Origin: Geopsychrobacteraceae bacterium
Lineage (GTDB): Bacteria > Desulfobacterota > Desulfuromonadia > Desulfuromonadales > Geopsychrobacteraceae
Assembly (NCBI GenBank): GCA_963676795.2
Contig: CAXXTB010000002.1
Span: 1,856,001-1,920,000 of the forward strand
Length of the DNA: 64,000 nt
Reading direction: 5' to 3'
Part shown: piece by piece, positions 43,989-54,983 of the stretch
Layout of the letters: the number at the start of each line of letters is the position of its first letter
Position numbering within the stretch: the first letter of the stretch is position 1
Made by a program: the position numbers and the translations under genes
The notes under the pieces: model-generated
What the model was told of the DNA's origin: nothing
Seen by the model: only the letters and a program-made list of their open reading frames with translations
Database searches by the model: none

Positions 43989-46022
43989 ATGAATCTTCTC
44001 AGTGGAGAAAACAGCCCCTACCTGCGACAACACGCAAACAATCCGGTCAACTGGGTCCCCTGGAGCGACACGGCCCTGCAGAGCGCCCGCGACCAGAATA
44101 AACCTATTTTTATCTCGATCGGTTACTCGACCTGCCACTGGTGCCATGTCATGGCCAGAGAATCCTTTTCCGATGATCAGGTTGCGCAGTGTCTAAACAG
44201 TCATTTTGTCTGCATCAAAGTCGACCGCGAAGAACGCCCGGATATCGATGCCAGTTATATGCAGGCCTGCCAGAGCCTGATCGGCCATGACGGCTGGCCG
44301 CTGAACCTGTTCCTGACTCCGGCAGGACACCCCTTCTATGCCCTGACCTATCTGCCGAAATCCACAGCGAACCGGCAAACAGGCTTTCTGCCGCTGACCG
44401 AAAAGATTGCCGAACTCTGGCAAACCCACCCAGACAATATCCTCCGCGCTGCCGAACAGCTTGTCCATACGCTCAACAAGGTGGCCAAACCGGAACAGGA
44501 GGAGATAAGAACGATGATCCTGAGCAGCGCCGCCGACAACCTCAAGCAGCTGTACGACAGCCGCTATGGCGGATTTGGCCAGGCACCCAAATTTCCCCAG
44601 CCGCATATCCTCACCCTGCTCCTCAGGCTCCAGAGTAGATTTAAAGACCCTGAACTCTTGCAGATGGCTTTGCACACGCTGTCCCGGATATCACGGGGTG
44701 GCATAAGCGATCAACTCGGCGGCGGTATTCACCGCTACGCGGTTGACGGCGGCTGGCTTATTCCCCATTTCGAAAAAATGCTCTATGACCAGGCGCTGAT
44801 TACCGAAGCCTATCTGTACGCCTGGGCACAATGCGGATCTCACGAATACCGCAACGCAGCCGAGGCGGTTCTCGATTATTGCCTGACCCGCCTTCAGCAT
44901 GAAACAGGCGGATTTTGCTGTGGAGAAGATGCCGATACGGAAGGTGAGGAAGGTAGCTTCTACAGCTGGACATACTCGGAGTTGCACGAACTGCTGCAGA
45001 CAGATTTTCCACTGTTTAAAAAAATCTATCAACTCTCCCCTCACGGCAACTTCTCCGGGGCAAATATCCTTTCTCAGGCTGGAAGCGTTTCCAGCGTGGC
45101 ACAGGAATGTGATCTGACGGAACAACAGGTGACAGAGCGCCTCAATGGAATGCGCTGCAAACTCCTCAGGGCCAGGGCAAAGAGGGCAAGGCCACAGCTT
45201 GACGACAAGCTTATTGCCGGCTGGAACGGCCTGATGATCTGCACCCTGGCCAAAGCAGGGGGGTTATTGAACAGAGACGATTATCTGGCCGCTGCCAGGC
45301 GGGCCTGGACATTTATCACCGATGAAATGACCGCCGATAAGCGCTTGAAACGTTGCTACTGCCGGGGCGAGGCTTACATCGAGGCCTTCCATGAGGACTA
45401 TGCCTATCTTATTCATGGCACCCTGGCCCTCTTTCACGCGACAGCGGAGCCTCACTATCTGGCCAGGGCAATTCATCTGCAAGGCGTCCTGGATGAGACC
45501 TTTGTCAACAGCGACACATCGTTTTCAGACAGCTCTCAGCCATTCCTCCAGGGGATGCCCAGGGAGCAGAACCGCCAGGACGGTGCCCTGCCTGCAGCCA
45601 ATTCCATAACAATTCTGAACCTCATTCACCTGGCCAGGCTCTGTGATCGTCCGGACTGGCAGGAGAAGGCCGAACACCGGCTCAAGGTTACGATCGATCA
45701 GATTGAAGAGTATCCGACGGCCTTTGCCTGCCTGCTGCAGGGCGTGGATCGCTATCTTCAGGACCGGCTGTTCCTCGCCCTGATCCTGCCTGACGGAGCT
45801 GAGATCGACAGCGACTGGCTAGGGCTGCTTATTCAGGAGCAGCACAGACTGCTTCATGTCGTAACCGACCGGCCGCAGGAGCTGGAGGACCTTATCCCGA
45901 TGATGGTCGAGAAATCGGCAATCAATGGCAGAACGACAGCCTGGCTCTGTACCGGCCAAGAATGCTTTGAACCGGTCCAGAGCCCTGAACAACTGAAAAG
46001 ACTGCTCGCTACAGTGGTTTGA
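43989..46022 (+). CDS. Thioredoxin-domain DUF255 (YyaL/SPATA20-like) protein
   Basis: [54 protein letters not shown]. Confidence 0.9.
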   Translation: MNLLSGENSPYLRQHANNPVNWVPWSDTALQSARDQNKPIFISIGYSTCHWCHVMARESFSDDQVAQCLNSHFVCIKVDREERPDIDASYMQACQSLIGHDGWPLNLFLTPAGHPFYALTYLPKSTANRQTGFLPLTEKIAELWQTHPDNILRAAEQLVHTLNKVAKPEQEEIRTMILSSAADNLKQLYDSRYGGFGQAPKFPQPHILTLLLRLQSRFKDPELLQMALHTLSRISRGGISDQLGGGIHRYAVDGGWLIPHFEKMLYDQALITEAYLYAWAQCGSHEYRNAAEAVLDYCLTRLQHETGGFCCGEDADTEGEEGSFYSWTYSELHELLQTDFPLFKKIYQLSPHGNFSGANILSQAGSVSSVAQECDLTEQQVTERLNGMRCKLLRARAKRARPQLDDKLIAGWNGLMICTLAKAGGLLNRDDYLAAARRAWTFITDEMTADKRLKRCYCRGEAYIEAFHEDYAYLIHGTLALFHATAEPHYLARAIHLQGVLDETFVNSDTSFSDSSQPFLQGMPREQNRQDGALPAANSITILNLIHLARLCDRPDWQEKAEHRLKVTIDQIEEYPTAFACLLQGVDRYLQDRLFLALILPDGAEIDSDWLGLLIQEQHRLLHVVTDRPQELEDLIPMMVEKSAINGRTTAWLCTGQECFEPVQSPEQLKRLLATVV

Positions 46023-47664
46023 AGACTTTCATCAGGTGGGGCACAAGCTGCTTTTTACGCGACAGGACACCATCCAGACGGAACAGGTTCTCCGCCTCCT
46101 GAGGATAGCCGATAACATAAGGCAGTTCCGCTGGCCCTGCCGTCAGCAACAGGCTGGTCTCCATAACAATATCGGTCACCAGCAAGGCGGCCAGCTCATA
46201 GCGTCTTTCATCGCGAATTTTTATCAGCTCGCTCTGCAACTCTTCGTAGCGCTTATGGAAACTGTGAAAGTTGACGACCTCAACCTGGCCGAGGCCCAGC
46301 AGATAATCCCCCGCCTTGTACTCCTTGAAATCGGTCAGAATCAGATCCCGGACCGGCGCACCGCTGGCCATCGGGCTGCCGGCGGCAAACAGCTGGCTAC
46401 CAAATTCCTCGTGATTGAGACCGGACAGTTCTTCAAGCCACGGGACCAGTTGGCGATCAACCTCGGTACAGGTCGGTGATTTGAGAATAACCGTATCGGA
46501 CAACAGTCCGGCAAGCATCAACCCGGCAACCTTGGGATCCGGATCGATCCCGGCCTGTCTGTAAAGGGAGGCAACCAGCGAGCAGGTGCTCCCCAACGGC
46601 TGATTGATAAAACGGATCGGCAGGTCGGTATGAAAGTTTCCGAGCCGGTGATGATCGATGACCTCGACGATCTCAACCTTGTCGGCGCCGGGAACCGCCT
46701 GGGTCAGTTCATTGTGATCGACAAGAATCAGCTTGGTTGGCGAATTACGGATCAGGTGGCTCTTGGTCGCAATACCGATGACCTTGTCCAGCTTATCGGT
46801 CACGATGGCCCCGGCCTGGTTGCCATGGGTCAGCTTCAGGCGAAGATCCTCGAGCAGCTCCCCCGGTTTGATCTTCAGAAAGTTCTTCTCAGCAAGCTCT
46901 CCAACCGGAGTCGCCATGCGCGTCAACCAAACGGAATTCGCCGTGTCATAGCGGCTGACCAGGATCGAGACATCATTTTGTACGGCTAACTCGAGCAGAT
47001 CCCTGTCGACCTGAGAGTTTCCGGAGATGATCAGCAGGCGCACCCCGGCCTCGACCGCCATCCTCTGCACTCCCGGCCGGTCACCGGTAATCAGAATGAT
47101 CTTGCGCGGTTCGCTCTGGCTGATCCAGCGGCTGAAGGTCTCTTCACGACGGGCCCCGACATAGAGGTTGAAATCTTCGACCGGCTCAGGATCGACAAAA
47201 TGATAAACATCGCCGTTGAGGCTGCGCTGAATAGCGCTCAGCGAGGTACGAATGCGGCGCATCTGTTCCGGCTCCGCCGGCACCAGAAAGGCTTCAGTCG
47301 CTGCTTTGAGCAACAACAGTCCCGTCGCCCGGGACAGGTCATCGACAACGGGAAGCAGCCGGATATGATGCTTGTGATACAGCTCTATCGCCTTGGACAA
47401 GGGTTCAGAGCTGTCAATCGTGACAACCTTTTCGGTCAGGACATCACTGATCCGCGGATAGACGTCAAGCAACAGTTCCGGAGGAGCGACGCCCAGGGCA
47501 TCGAGGATAAACTGGGTCTGCTGATTGAGGTTGCCGGCCCTGGCCGCGACAACATTGGCGAGGCCCTGACGCCGCCTGAGTTCCGCATAGGCAAGCGCGC
47601 TGCATATTGAATCAGAATCGGGATTTCGATGCCCGACAACATAGGTTTTTTGACTGGAAGACAT
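46009..47664 (-). CDS. ppaC: Mn-dependent inorganic pyrophosphatase with CBS and DRTGG domains
   Basis: [42 protein letters not shown] insert. Confidence 0.9.
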   Translation of the reverse strand: MSSSQKTYVVGHRNPDSDSICSALAYAELRRRQGLANVVAARAGNLNQQTQFILDALGVAPPELLLDVYPRISDVLTEKVVTIDSSEPLSKAIELYHKHHIRLLPVVDDLSRATGLLLLKAATEAFLVPAEPEQMRRIRTSLSAIQRSLNGDVYHFVDPEPVEDFNLYVGARREETFSRWISQSEPRKIILITGDRPGVQRMAVEAGVRLLIISGNSQVDRDLLELAVQNDVSILVSRYDTANSVWLTRMATPVGELAEKNFLKIKPGELLEDLRLKLTHGNQAGAIVTDKLDKVIGIATKSHLIRNSPTKLILVDHNELTQAVPGADKVEIVEVIDHHRLGNFHTDLPIRFINQPLGSTCSLVASLYRQAGIDPDPKVAGLMLAGLLSDTVILKSPTCTEVDRQLVPWLEELSGLNHEEFGSQLFAAGSPMASGAPVRDLILTDFKEYKAGDYLLGLGQVEVVNFHSFHKRYEELQSELIKIRDERRYELAALLVTDIVMETSLLLTAGPAELPYVIGYPQEAENLFRLDGVLSRKKQLVPHLMKVFKPL

Positions 47665-47696
47665 GCGGTAGAGACTCCTTCTGCTCTCACACAGAG

Positions 47697-48497
47697 TTAA
47701 CGCAAACGGCCACGGACATCGCCAAGACCGATAACATTTTTGATAATACCAAGGTTTGGACGAAACTGTTTGTCGAGGCCGACATACAGGTCGCGACCGT
47801 TGGTGCCGAAAACCTCCGGATCGACAAGGACCCGGAATCTGAAAGGACTTGCGGACAGGAAATCCTGGTCATCGGCATCAACCTGGCCGAGTGGTTCGAT
47901 GACAATATCCTGCTCACCCTCATGATGAAAGGTCGGAACCCTGATCTTCTCGGTGCCGATGACACCAAAATAGCCGAGTCGCAAGTTATACAGAGCGGAG
48001 AGGATATCACACAAGCGTCTATCAGGATCCATCGGAAAGAACGTTTCCTTGTAGACCTCGCCATTTTTGAGCCTCTGGTAACGAACCTGGCGATTGTCGT
48101 ACTCAAAGATATAGCGCTTGGTCTTTTCACGACGCGACTTGCCGCTGCCATGGATGGTGTGAGACTGATACCAGAGCGGCTCAAGAAAACCATCCGCTGC
48201 GACCCGAACCAGGGTTTCGTACCTTTCGACCCGGTCACGGGTAAAAAAGGCAGCGACGCCCAGAGTTCTGGCCTGCATGACGATCAGATAGGTGTTATCC
48301 TCCGCTGACCTTTCGAGTGAAATTTCCCCGACGGCAAGACGCTCAAACCAGAGAAAAGAGATGTCATATTCAAGGTGCTCGCCAACAAAAGAAGCGACGC
48401 CACCGGTTGTGGCACAGAGCGGGGAAACGGGGATCAGGAAAAGAATAAGGAGCAGTATGGGGGATATGAATCGTTTCAATAGAGCCTCGCTTTTCAA
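47697..48497 (-). CDS. DUF3108 family exported protein
   Basis: Signal peptide; GEHLEYDISFL..VGEI; DILSALYNLR. Confidence 0.65.
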   Translation of the reverse strand: MKSEALLKRFISPILLLILFLIPVSPLCATTGGVASFVGEHLEYDISFLWFERLAVGEISLERSAEDNTYLIVMQARTLGVAAFFTRDRVERYETLVRVAADGFLEPLWYQSHTIHGSGKSRREKTKRYIFEYDNRQVRYQRLKNGEVYKETFFPMDPDRRLCDILSALYNLRLGYFGVIGTEKIRVPTFHHEGEQDIVIEPLGQVDADDQDFLSASPFRFRVLVDPEVFGTNGRDLYVGLDKQFRPNLGIIKNVIGLGDVRGRLR

Positions 48498-48564
48498 TTA
48501 AACCTGAATCACTCACTGATCAGGTTGAAAATCTAACCTGCCTTCAAAATTGCATATTCATTTC

Positions 48565-48593
48565 TTGACCTTATCGTCTCCTGCAATTAAGAT
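48565..48593 (+). promoter_or_regulatory. Putative sigma70 promoter of ArsR-family gene
   Basis: TTGACC-17 nt-TAAGAT. Confidence 0.5.
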
Positions 48594-48623
48594 TCATATA
48601 TTAAAATAACGTGGAGAGATAAT

Positions 48624-48935
48624 ATGACCAACATTGAAAGTAAAGTCCCTTTCGATACGACACAGGATTACCACCGGGAATCAGAGATTCTAAAAGTTCT
48701 GGGACATCCGATTCGTTTGAAAATTGTTGCCGGTCTCATGTCTCAATCCTGTAATGTCAAAAAAATCTGGGAATGCCTGTCCCTGCCGCAAGCGACAGTC
48801 TCACAACATCTGGCGCTGCTCAAGAACAAAGGGATCATCTCCGGGCGCCGTGAAGGAGTCGAAGTGTTCTACCAGGTGACCTCTCCGGAAGCGATACGTA
48901 TCGTCAGCGCAATATTCGAACATCCGCCCTGCTGA
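48624..48935 (+). CDS. ArsR/SmtB family transcriptional regulator
   Basis: LKVLGHPIRLKI, PQATVSQHLALLK, RREG..VFY. Confidence 0.9.
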   Translation: MTNIESKVPFDTTQDYHRESEILKVLGHPIRLKIVAGLMSQSCNVKKIWECLSLPQATVSQHLALLKNKGIISGRREGVEVFYQVTSPEAIRIVSAIFEHPPC

Positions 48936-48948
48936 TCTGAGTCACCTG

Positions 48949-48990
48949 AAAACAAAGCGGCCCGGCAAGAGATGGCCGCTTTGTTTTTTT
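48949..48990. terminator. Bidirectional intrinsic terminator
   Basis: AAAACAAAGCGGCC...GGCCGCTTTGTTTTTTT between convergent genes. Confidence 0.8.
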
Positions 48991-49001
48991 GAGTGTGCAG
49001 A

Positions 49002-49199
49002 CTAGTTTCCACCCCTGATTTCTTCTATTGTCTTGCCTCTGATCCCCCAGTTTTCAGCCGGATACTCTTCGATAATCACGTGAGTCGCCTCAGGATTCTT
49101 ACCCAGCACCTCTTTCATGACAACGGTTATCCGGTCGACAAGCTCCCGTTTTTTCTCTTTGCTGACCCCTTCCACCGTACGCACAGTTACTACTGGCAT
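49002..49199 (-). CDS. 4-oxalocrotonate tautomerase family protein
   Basis: 65 aa, catalytic Pro after Met (MPVVTV), HVIIEE...NWGIRG; AGGAG RBS. Confidence 0.88.
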   Translation of the reverse strand: MPVVTVRTVEGVSKEKKRELVDRITVVMKEVLGKNPEATHVIIEEYPAENWGIRGKTIEEIRGGN

Positions 49200-49369
49200 A
49201 GCACTATTCTCCTTTCCATCGGATTTGCACTGAAATGTCGTGTAAAATTGTTAATCTGGTATAAGCAGCGTCGTCTCTCTGCAAAAGGTCACCCGTTCAT
49301 ACTACAACTCAGCAAAAAACTTGTACAGCCGGCTGACGGTTTTTCAGTACCCCGAGGAGCGATTCATTC

Positions 49370-50269
49370 TCAAGAATAGCTGTAAACAGACAGATTGGTT
49401 CCTCTTAGCGGATCGATATCCGGATAATTATCAGCATCACAAAGGCGCTCCACAAGCCGCGCCTCGGGCGCATATTCGTTAAATAGCCGATCAAGCTCGG
49501 GAAGATTGAACTCAGGAGAGCTGGTACAGCAAAGGACGACACCGTCGGATGCCAGCAGCCCGGCAAAACGCCGGATCAATTTTGGCCAGTCACGCTGGGC
49601 CTGAAAACTTTTCCCCTGCGCCAGGGGCGGATCGCAGATGATCAGGTCAAAGGGCGAAAGCCTCTTCAATTTACTGAAACTGCGAAACAGCTCCAGACAG
49701 AGAAAGCTGCATTTTCGCGTATCAAAGCCGTTGAGCCGGTGATTCAGACGCCCCAGTTCCAGCGCCCCACGGCTCATATCCAGATTGACGACCTGAGCTG
49801 CACCACCAGCCAGCGCCGCTACCGAAAAGCTGCAACTGTAGGAGAACAGGTTCAGAACCTTTTTATTTCGGGCAACCTCCCGGACCCAGCGCCTGCCACA
49901 GGCCATATCAGGAAAAAATCCGATATTCTGGGCGTCGCCCAGCCGGATCGCGTAGTCCAGCCCCCCCTCTCTGACCGTCAGTGTCTCCGGCAGAGTACCG
50001 TGAATCACCTGCCACTGAGCCTCGCCCCGTTGACGCAGCTGTACAGCGATTGACTGCGCTTCGGGATACAGCTGCCGGAGCCTGTGCGCCAAAACGGCGA
50101 GCCAGTCCTGATCGCGTGACTCATAGAGAGTGACAAGCAGGACGGGCGGATACCAGTCGATATTGATGTGTTCATACCCCGGATAGGTCCGTCCCCGCCC
50201 ATGGAACAGCCGGGAACATTCGCCTCTGTGAAATTCTTTACTTTTTATAACGCTGATTAATGTATCCAT
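49370..50269 (-). CDS. Class I SAM-dependent methyltransferase (RlmI-like)
   Basis: RLFHGRG, QNIGFFPDM, VLNLFSY, IICDPP; start set at MDTLIS. Confidence 0.8.
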   Translation of the reverse strand: MDTLISVIKSKEFHRGECSRLFHGRGRTYPGYEHINIDWYPPVLLVTLYESRDQDWLAVLAHRLRQLYPEAQSIAVQLRQRGEAQWQVIHGTLPETLTVREGGLDYAIRLGDAQNIGFFPDMACGRRWVREVARNKKVLNLFSYSCSFSVAALAGGAAQVVNLDMSRGALELGRLNHRLNGFDTRKCSFLCLELFRSFSKLKRLSPFDLIICDPPLAQGKSFQAQRDWPKLIRRFAGLLASDGVVLCCTSSPEFNLPELDRLFNEYAPEARLVERLCDADNYPDIDPLRGTNLSVYSYS

Positions 50270-50361
50270 CGTGCCCTTAAATTGTATAAACAGGAAGATC
50301 CACTGGAAAAAAGCGGAATATCTGTCCATAATAGGAAATCGTTTAATCAAGGAGCTCTTGC

Positions 50362-51204
50362 ATGAAAAATTCGACCCTACTGATCTGCATACTTGTGGTT
50401 CTCGCTGTCCTTCTCGGTTCTCTGACCCTGCTGAAAAAGCAAGAGACCGAACCACAACCGGTCGAAACGGTGCAAAGTCCACCACCGGAACCGGTCAGAT
50501 TACCGATTGTTCATTACCCGGTTCCGGAGACCGAAGCATTGCCTGCTCAGGCTGACAGCGCTCAGCCGGAAGAAACTCAAGCAGCTCAGCATTCCGCATC
50601 TGAAGAGAAACTGCCCCAGGTTCAGCAGAGTGACGAGACCATCAGCCAGGCCTTAAAAGGACTGATCCCTGACGCACAACTGCTCAAAGTTCTGCGCCTG
50701 GATAATTTTGTTCAGCGGCTGGTCTCGACTATCGACAGACTGCCGGAAAAACGTCTGCCCAGGCAGAATCTTCCGGCCTATCCCCCCGAAGGAAAGTTCA
50801 CGGTAGACGAAGACAAGCAGGGGCAGCTGTTTATTTCCCCGGCCAATGCAAAACGCTATGAAGCCTATCTGAAGATCCTCAAGTATACGCCTGAGGACCT
50901 GGTCCTCAAGGCTTACGTTCACTTCTATCCGCTTTTTCAGGAAGCCTACCGGCAGCTCGGCTATCAGAACGCCTATTTCAACGATCGACTGGTTTTCGTT
51001 CTCGACCATCTGATCCAGACTCCGGACCCCGAAGAGCCTATTGCCGTTGAACAACCGGTCGTACTCTACACCTATAAGGACCAGTACCTGGAAAACCTGT
51101 CCGCCGGCCAGAAATGCCTGATGCGCATGGGGCGTGCCCAACGCCTCGAAGCCGTAGAGATTCTCAGGCGCTATCGCCTGGAACTGACCAACCTGGCTCC
51201 CTGA
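50362..51204 (+). CDS. DUF3014 family protein
   Basis: N-terminal TM, Pro-rich linker, YPLFQEAYRQLGY, FNDRL, LSAGQK; AAGGAG RBS. Confidence 0.82.
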   Translation: MKNSTLLICILVVLAVLLGSLTLLKKQETEPQPVETVQSPPPEPVRLPIVHYPVPETEALPAQADSAQPEETQAAQHSASEEKLPQVQQSDETISQALKGLIPDAQLLKVLRLDNFVQRLVSTIDRLPEKRLPRQNLPAYPPEGKFTVDEDKQGQLFISPANAKRYEAYLKILKYTPEDLVLKAYVHFYPLFQEAYRQLGYQNAYFNDRLVFVLDHLIQTPDPEEPIAVEQPVVLYTYKDQYLENLSAGQKCLMRMGRAQRLEAVEILRRYRLELTNLAP

Positions 51205-51206
51205 GC

Positions 51207-51246
51207 AAAAAACAGCCCTGTCCGGATTCCGGACAGGGCTGTTTTA
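51207..51246. terminator. Bidirectional intrinsic terminator
   Basis: AAAAAACAGCCCTGTCCGGA/TCCGGACAGGGCTGTTTT. Confidence 0.85.
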
Positions 51247-51274
51247 TCACTGAAAGAACAAATCGGATCAGAAA

Positions 51275-51466
51275 TCAGTTAAATCGTCGTTCAGGCCCCC
51301 GGTAGCTGACTGCCGGGCGGATCCGAACCGGGTCGACACCTAAATAGACCCAACCATCCTGCCTTTGAAACTTGATAATACCTTCACCATCGATCAACGA
51401 CTGAAGCTGAGAGGCTGGGACCATATCCATCATCCCGTCAGCATAGACCACCGATATTTCCCGCAT
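51275..51466 (-). CDS. GSU3473-type small protein (63 aa)
   Basis: MREISVVYADG..D.V...L..LI...I..F.R..GWV..GVDPVR..YRGPERR; GAGGTG RBS. Confidence 0.78.
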   Translation of the reverse strand: MREISVVYADGMMDMVPASQLQSLIDGEGIIKFQRQDGWVYLGVDPVRIRPAVSYRGPERRFN

Positions 51467-51548
51467 AACAACACCTCGTTTTCTTTGTATCATAACACAG
51501 ACAGGACAAAGAAAACGAGACCAAGAAACCGCTGACACGACAAAACGG

Positions 51549-51737
51549 CTAGCGACACCTGCGCTCGGGGCCGGAGTAATATCCACGCAGCGTACTCCTG
51601 ACCGGATCCTTGCCGAGCGTGACCCAACCGGTGGAACGCTCAAACTGTTCGATTTCACTCATCAGGATCAGCTCGTCCAGCTTGCGTGACGGCACGAGGT
51701 CAATCCGGCCGTCTTTATAACGTACACGTATCAACAT
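51549..51737 (-). CDS. GSU3473-type small protein (62 aa)
   Basis: MLIRVRYKDG..D.V...LDELI...I..FERSTGWV..GKDPVR..YSGPERR; GGGGGA RBS. Confidence 0.8.
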   Translation of the reverse strand: MLIRVRYKDGRIDLVPSRKLDELILMSEIEQFERSTGWVTLGKDPVRSTLRGYYSGPERRCR

Positions 51738-51752
51738 AAGTCCCCCGAACAA

Positions 51753-52850
51753 TCAGCTCGAAATAAGGGCGTCGATCTCATCGAAATTGAAATGCCGCTC
51801 AGCAAGGTCGGTTATCAACTGAATCTTGTGCGTATCTTCGGCCGAAATTTTTGAAACATCGTCCTTGAGAATCTCAAAAACGTTGGAGGATGTCAGGCTG
51901 CAGCGGATATATGGAATACCACTGTTATCGACGATCTTTTGGGTGACATGACTGATATCACAGACACCGGGAATGACAATACCCGCAATCTTCTGCCGGT
52001 ATTCAGGCAGACGGTAGAGAGTCGCTATGGTCACCAGCAGTTCATCACGACTGCTGTTGACGATAATCAGCGAAGAATCCTTGAGAAGCTCGACGACCCG
52101 CTGCGATGATGCGGCCCCGATCTGGATATTATGGACGATGCGCTGGGCCTCCTCTTCGGTCGCCCGCAAATCAAGGTCCAGGACCTTGGCGATTCTCCGC
52201 AGGGTCGGATTGGCAAGAATCGGCTGATAATTGAATCCGCCGATAACCTCTATATGTTCCGGCTCAAAAGCTGTTCTCAGATAGCCCAGCGTGCGTTCAC
52301 GTTTGGAAGCGACAATCTTGTTGACCAGAATAGCTTTGACATCCGCCCGTTCCTTTTGAAAAAGGGCAAGGTTCATTCCCGCCATATCGACAACATTGCC
52401 CAGACCGCCACCCGTAACCAGCATCACCGTCGCGCCGGCGTCGCGGGCGATACAGGCGTTGTTACAGCCGAAGATAGTCCCGACACCGGTATGCCCGGCC
52501 CCTTCGATGATAAGAAAATCGTTCTTGGCGTCCAAAGCTTCAAGTGCCGAGAAGATCCTGCGCCGGATCGAGATCCGGTCGATTTCTCCGTCCATGAAAC
52601 GGCGCGTATCCCCCTGCTTGAGAACGAATGGAGACATCAGCGGCAGATCATCCATAAGGCCAAAATATTCGGCAACCAACAGCGCATCCTTATCGACGAA
52701 GATCCCCTCATGCTCGACAATTTTAGGGCCAATCGGCTTAATGAAGCCAACCTTTCCATATTTTTTTCGGGCCATATGCATCAGCGAAAGACTGGTTGTC
52801 GTCTTGCCGCTATTCATACCCGTAGCCGCTATAAAGATCTTGCGCGCCAT
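51753..52850 (-). CDS. BioD-like P-loop + DRTGG protein (stand-alone Pta N-terminal-like)
   Basis: IFIAATGMNSGKTT, VGFIKPIG, IIEGAGH, ILVNK, SSRDELL; AAGGAG RBS. Confidence 0.78.
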   Translation of the reverse strand: MARKIFIAATGMNSGKTTTSLSLMHMARKKYGKVGFIKPIGPKIVEHEGIFVDKDALLVAEYFGLMDDLPLMSPFVLKQGDTRRFMDGEIDRISIRRRIFSALEALDAKNDFLIIEGAGHTGVGTIFGCNNACIARDAGATVMLVTGGGLGNVVDMAGMNLALFQKERADVKAILVNKIVASKRERTLGYLRTAFEPEHIEVIGGFNYQPILANPTLRRIAKVLDLDLRATEEEAQRIVHNIQIGAASSQRVVELLKDSSLIIVNSSRDELLVTIATLYRLPEYRQKIAGIVIPGVCDISHVTQKIVDNSGIPYIRCSLTSSNVFEILKDDVSKISAEDTHKIQLITDLAERHFNFDEIDALISS

Positions 52851-53030
52851 CGCTGCAGCTCCTTTGAACTCGATACCGAAGTCATGTTAGGCAATCTTAA
52901 CACAAATATCTCAGATAGAAAACAGCCGGAAGTGCCAGTACTGCGTCTTTGCAGGTACGCGCTCAAATCTGACCGAAAAATAACTGAAGACATGAAATAC
53001 AGAAGTACCATCTGAATAACAATAAAAGAT

Positions 53031-54938
53031 TTAAATTCCTTTGACTGCCGTTACTGAAGTGCGCTGAAACTGCTTCACCTTATCGACAATCCCGGCTACC
53101 GACAGATCCAATTCATCCCTTAATTGCTGTTGAGTTCCCTGCTCGACAAAATGGTCAGGAATCCCCAGCCTGGCCAGCGGAACAGTCAAGCCATGATCAG
53201 CGAACAATTCAAGGAGCGCTGAACCAAACCCACCCTGCAGAGCGTTCTCTTCAAGAGTTATGACAAAGGGGGCCGCTTGTGCACGACCTAAAAGCAACGC
53301 CTGATCGAGTGGCTTGAGAAACACAGCATCTATGACAGTCAGCTCAATACCTTCAGCAGCCAGCAGAGAGGCGGCCTTGAGTGCCGGTTCAACCATAGAG
53401 CCGAGGGCCACAAGCAGCCCGGCAGTTCCTTCACGCAGCAATTCGCCACCGGCAATCGGCAAGAGCCCGGTGACCTTCTCCGCCAGATCGAGCCCCAGGC
53501 CTGTCCCCCTTGGATAGCGATAGGCAAAGGGACCTTCTGCCTGGCTTGCAGTCAGCATGATACGCTGCAGCATACGTTCGTCACGCGGAACGGCAAACGT
53601 CATGTTCGGCATATGGCGCAGGAAGGAATAATCGAAGACACCATGATGGGTCGGCCCATCGGCGCCGACCAGCCCCCCCCGGTCCATGGCAAAGGTGACC
53701 GGCAGGTTTTGCAGACAGACATCGTGCAGTACCTGGTCATAGGCACGCTGGAGAAAGGTCGAATAAATGGCCACCACCGGTCGCAGACCACGACAGGCGA
53801 GCCCGGCAGCGAAGGTAACCGCGTGCTGTTCGGCGATACCGACATCGAAAAAGCGTGCCGGGAAGACCTCGGAGAACTGCTTCAAACCGGTTCCTTCTGT
53901 CATTGCCGCAGTGATTGCGATGATGCGCTGGTCATCAGCGGCAAGCTTGAGCAGAGTGTCGCCGAAAACGGAGGTATAAGATCTGGGTGCCGACACTTTG
54001 GCCGGGGGCGTTTCCCCGGTTTTCACATCAAAGGGACCGATACCGTGGAACTTTGGCGGATTCTGCTCGGCAGGAGTGAAGCCCTTGCCTTTTTGGGTCA
54101 GCACATGTAACAGGACCGGGCCATCGATACGGGCGACATTGTTCATGGTTTCGATCAGCTCGGTAAGATTGTGTCCGTCCAGCGGCCCGAAATAATCGAA
54201 ACCAAACCCCTCAAACAGCATCCCCGGCGTCATGAAACTCTTCAGGGATTCTTCAGCTCTTTTCGCCAGATAGACAAGGTCCTTGCCGATACCGGGCACG
54301 AGTCTGAGGATGTTCTCCGTTTCCTTTTTGAAGCGGATGAACTTGTCAGTACTCATCTTGCGGCTCAGAAAAGAGGACAAGGCGCCGACATTCGGAGAGA
54401 TCGACATATCGTTGTCGTTGAGAATGACGACCAGACGCTTTTTCAGATGACCGGCATGATTCAGGGCTTCGAAGGCCATTCCCGCTGTCAGGGAACCGTC
54501 ACCGATGACGGCGACCACCTTAGCGTCGTCGTTCAGAATATCGCGCGCGGCGGCCATCCCCAATGCGGCAGAAATCGAGGTACTTGAATGTCCGACATCA
54601 AAAGCATCGTGAACACTTTCCTTGCGCTTGGGAAAACCACTCAACCCCTTATATTGGCGCAGCGAAGCAAACTGTTCCCGCCGCCCGGTCAGCAGTTTAT
54701 GGGCATAGGACTGGTGACCGACATCCCAGATGATCTGATCGGCTGGTGTGTGAAAAACCCGGTGCAGGGCAATCGTCAACTCAACAACCCCCAGAGAACT
54801 GCCGAGGTGTCCCCCGTTGACCGAAACAGTCTCGACAATCACCTGGCGCAACTCCGCCGCCAACTGGCCAAGCTGGGCAGAACTGAGTTTTCTTACGGCC
54901 TCTGGTGATTCTATCTGTTCGAGAAGGGGTGTCTTCAT
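53031..54938 (-). CDS. dxs: 1-deoxy-D-xylulose-5-phosphate synthase
   Basis: [52 protein letters not shown]. Confidence 0.96.
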   Translation of the reverse strand: MKTPLLEQIESPEAVRKLSSAQLGQLAAELRQVIVETVSVNGGHLGSSLGVVELTIALHRVFHTPADQIIWDVGHQSYAHKLLTGRREQFASLRQYKGLSGFPKRKESVHDAFDVGHSSTSISAALGMAAARDILNDDAKVVAVIGDGSLTAGMAFEALNHAGHLKKRLVVILNDNDMSISPNVGALSSFLSRKMSTDKFIRFKKETENILRLVPGIGKDLVYLAKRAEESLKSFMTPGMLFEGFGFDYFGPLDGHNLTELIETMNNVARIDGPVLLHVLTQKGKGFTPAEQNPPKFHGIGPFDVKTGETPPAKVSAPRSYTSVFGDTLLKLAADDQRIIAITAAMTEGTGLKQFSEVFPARFFDVGIAEQHAVTFAAGLACRGLRPVVAIYSTFLQRAYDQVLHDVCLQNLPVTFAMDRGGLVGADGPTHHGVFDYSFLRHMPNMTFAVPRDERMLQRIMLTASQAEGPFAYRYPRGTGLGLDLAEKVTGLLPIAGGELLREGTAGLLVALGSMVEPALKAASLLAAEGIELTVIDAVFLKPLDQALLLGRAQAAPFVITLEENALQGGFGSALLELFADHGLTVPLARLGIPDHFVEQGTQQQLRDELDLSVAGIVDKVKQFQRTSVTAVKGI

Positions 54939-54983
54939 GCCATCTCCCGTAAAATCTGCGCTGTTTCCTGACGTCTGCACCGA

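Noticed and set aside
44131..44145. CxxCH (CHWCH) suggesting a c-type cytochrome
   Set aside because: Standard thioredoxin-like motif of DUF255 proteins; no signal peptide
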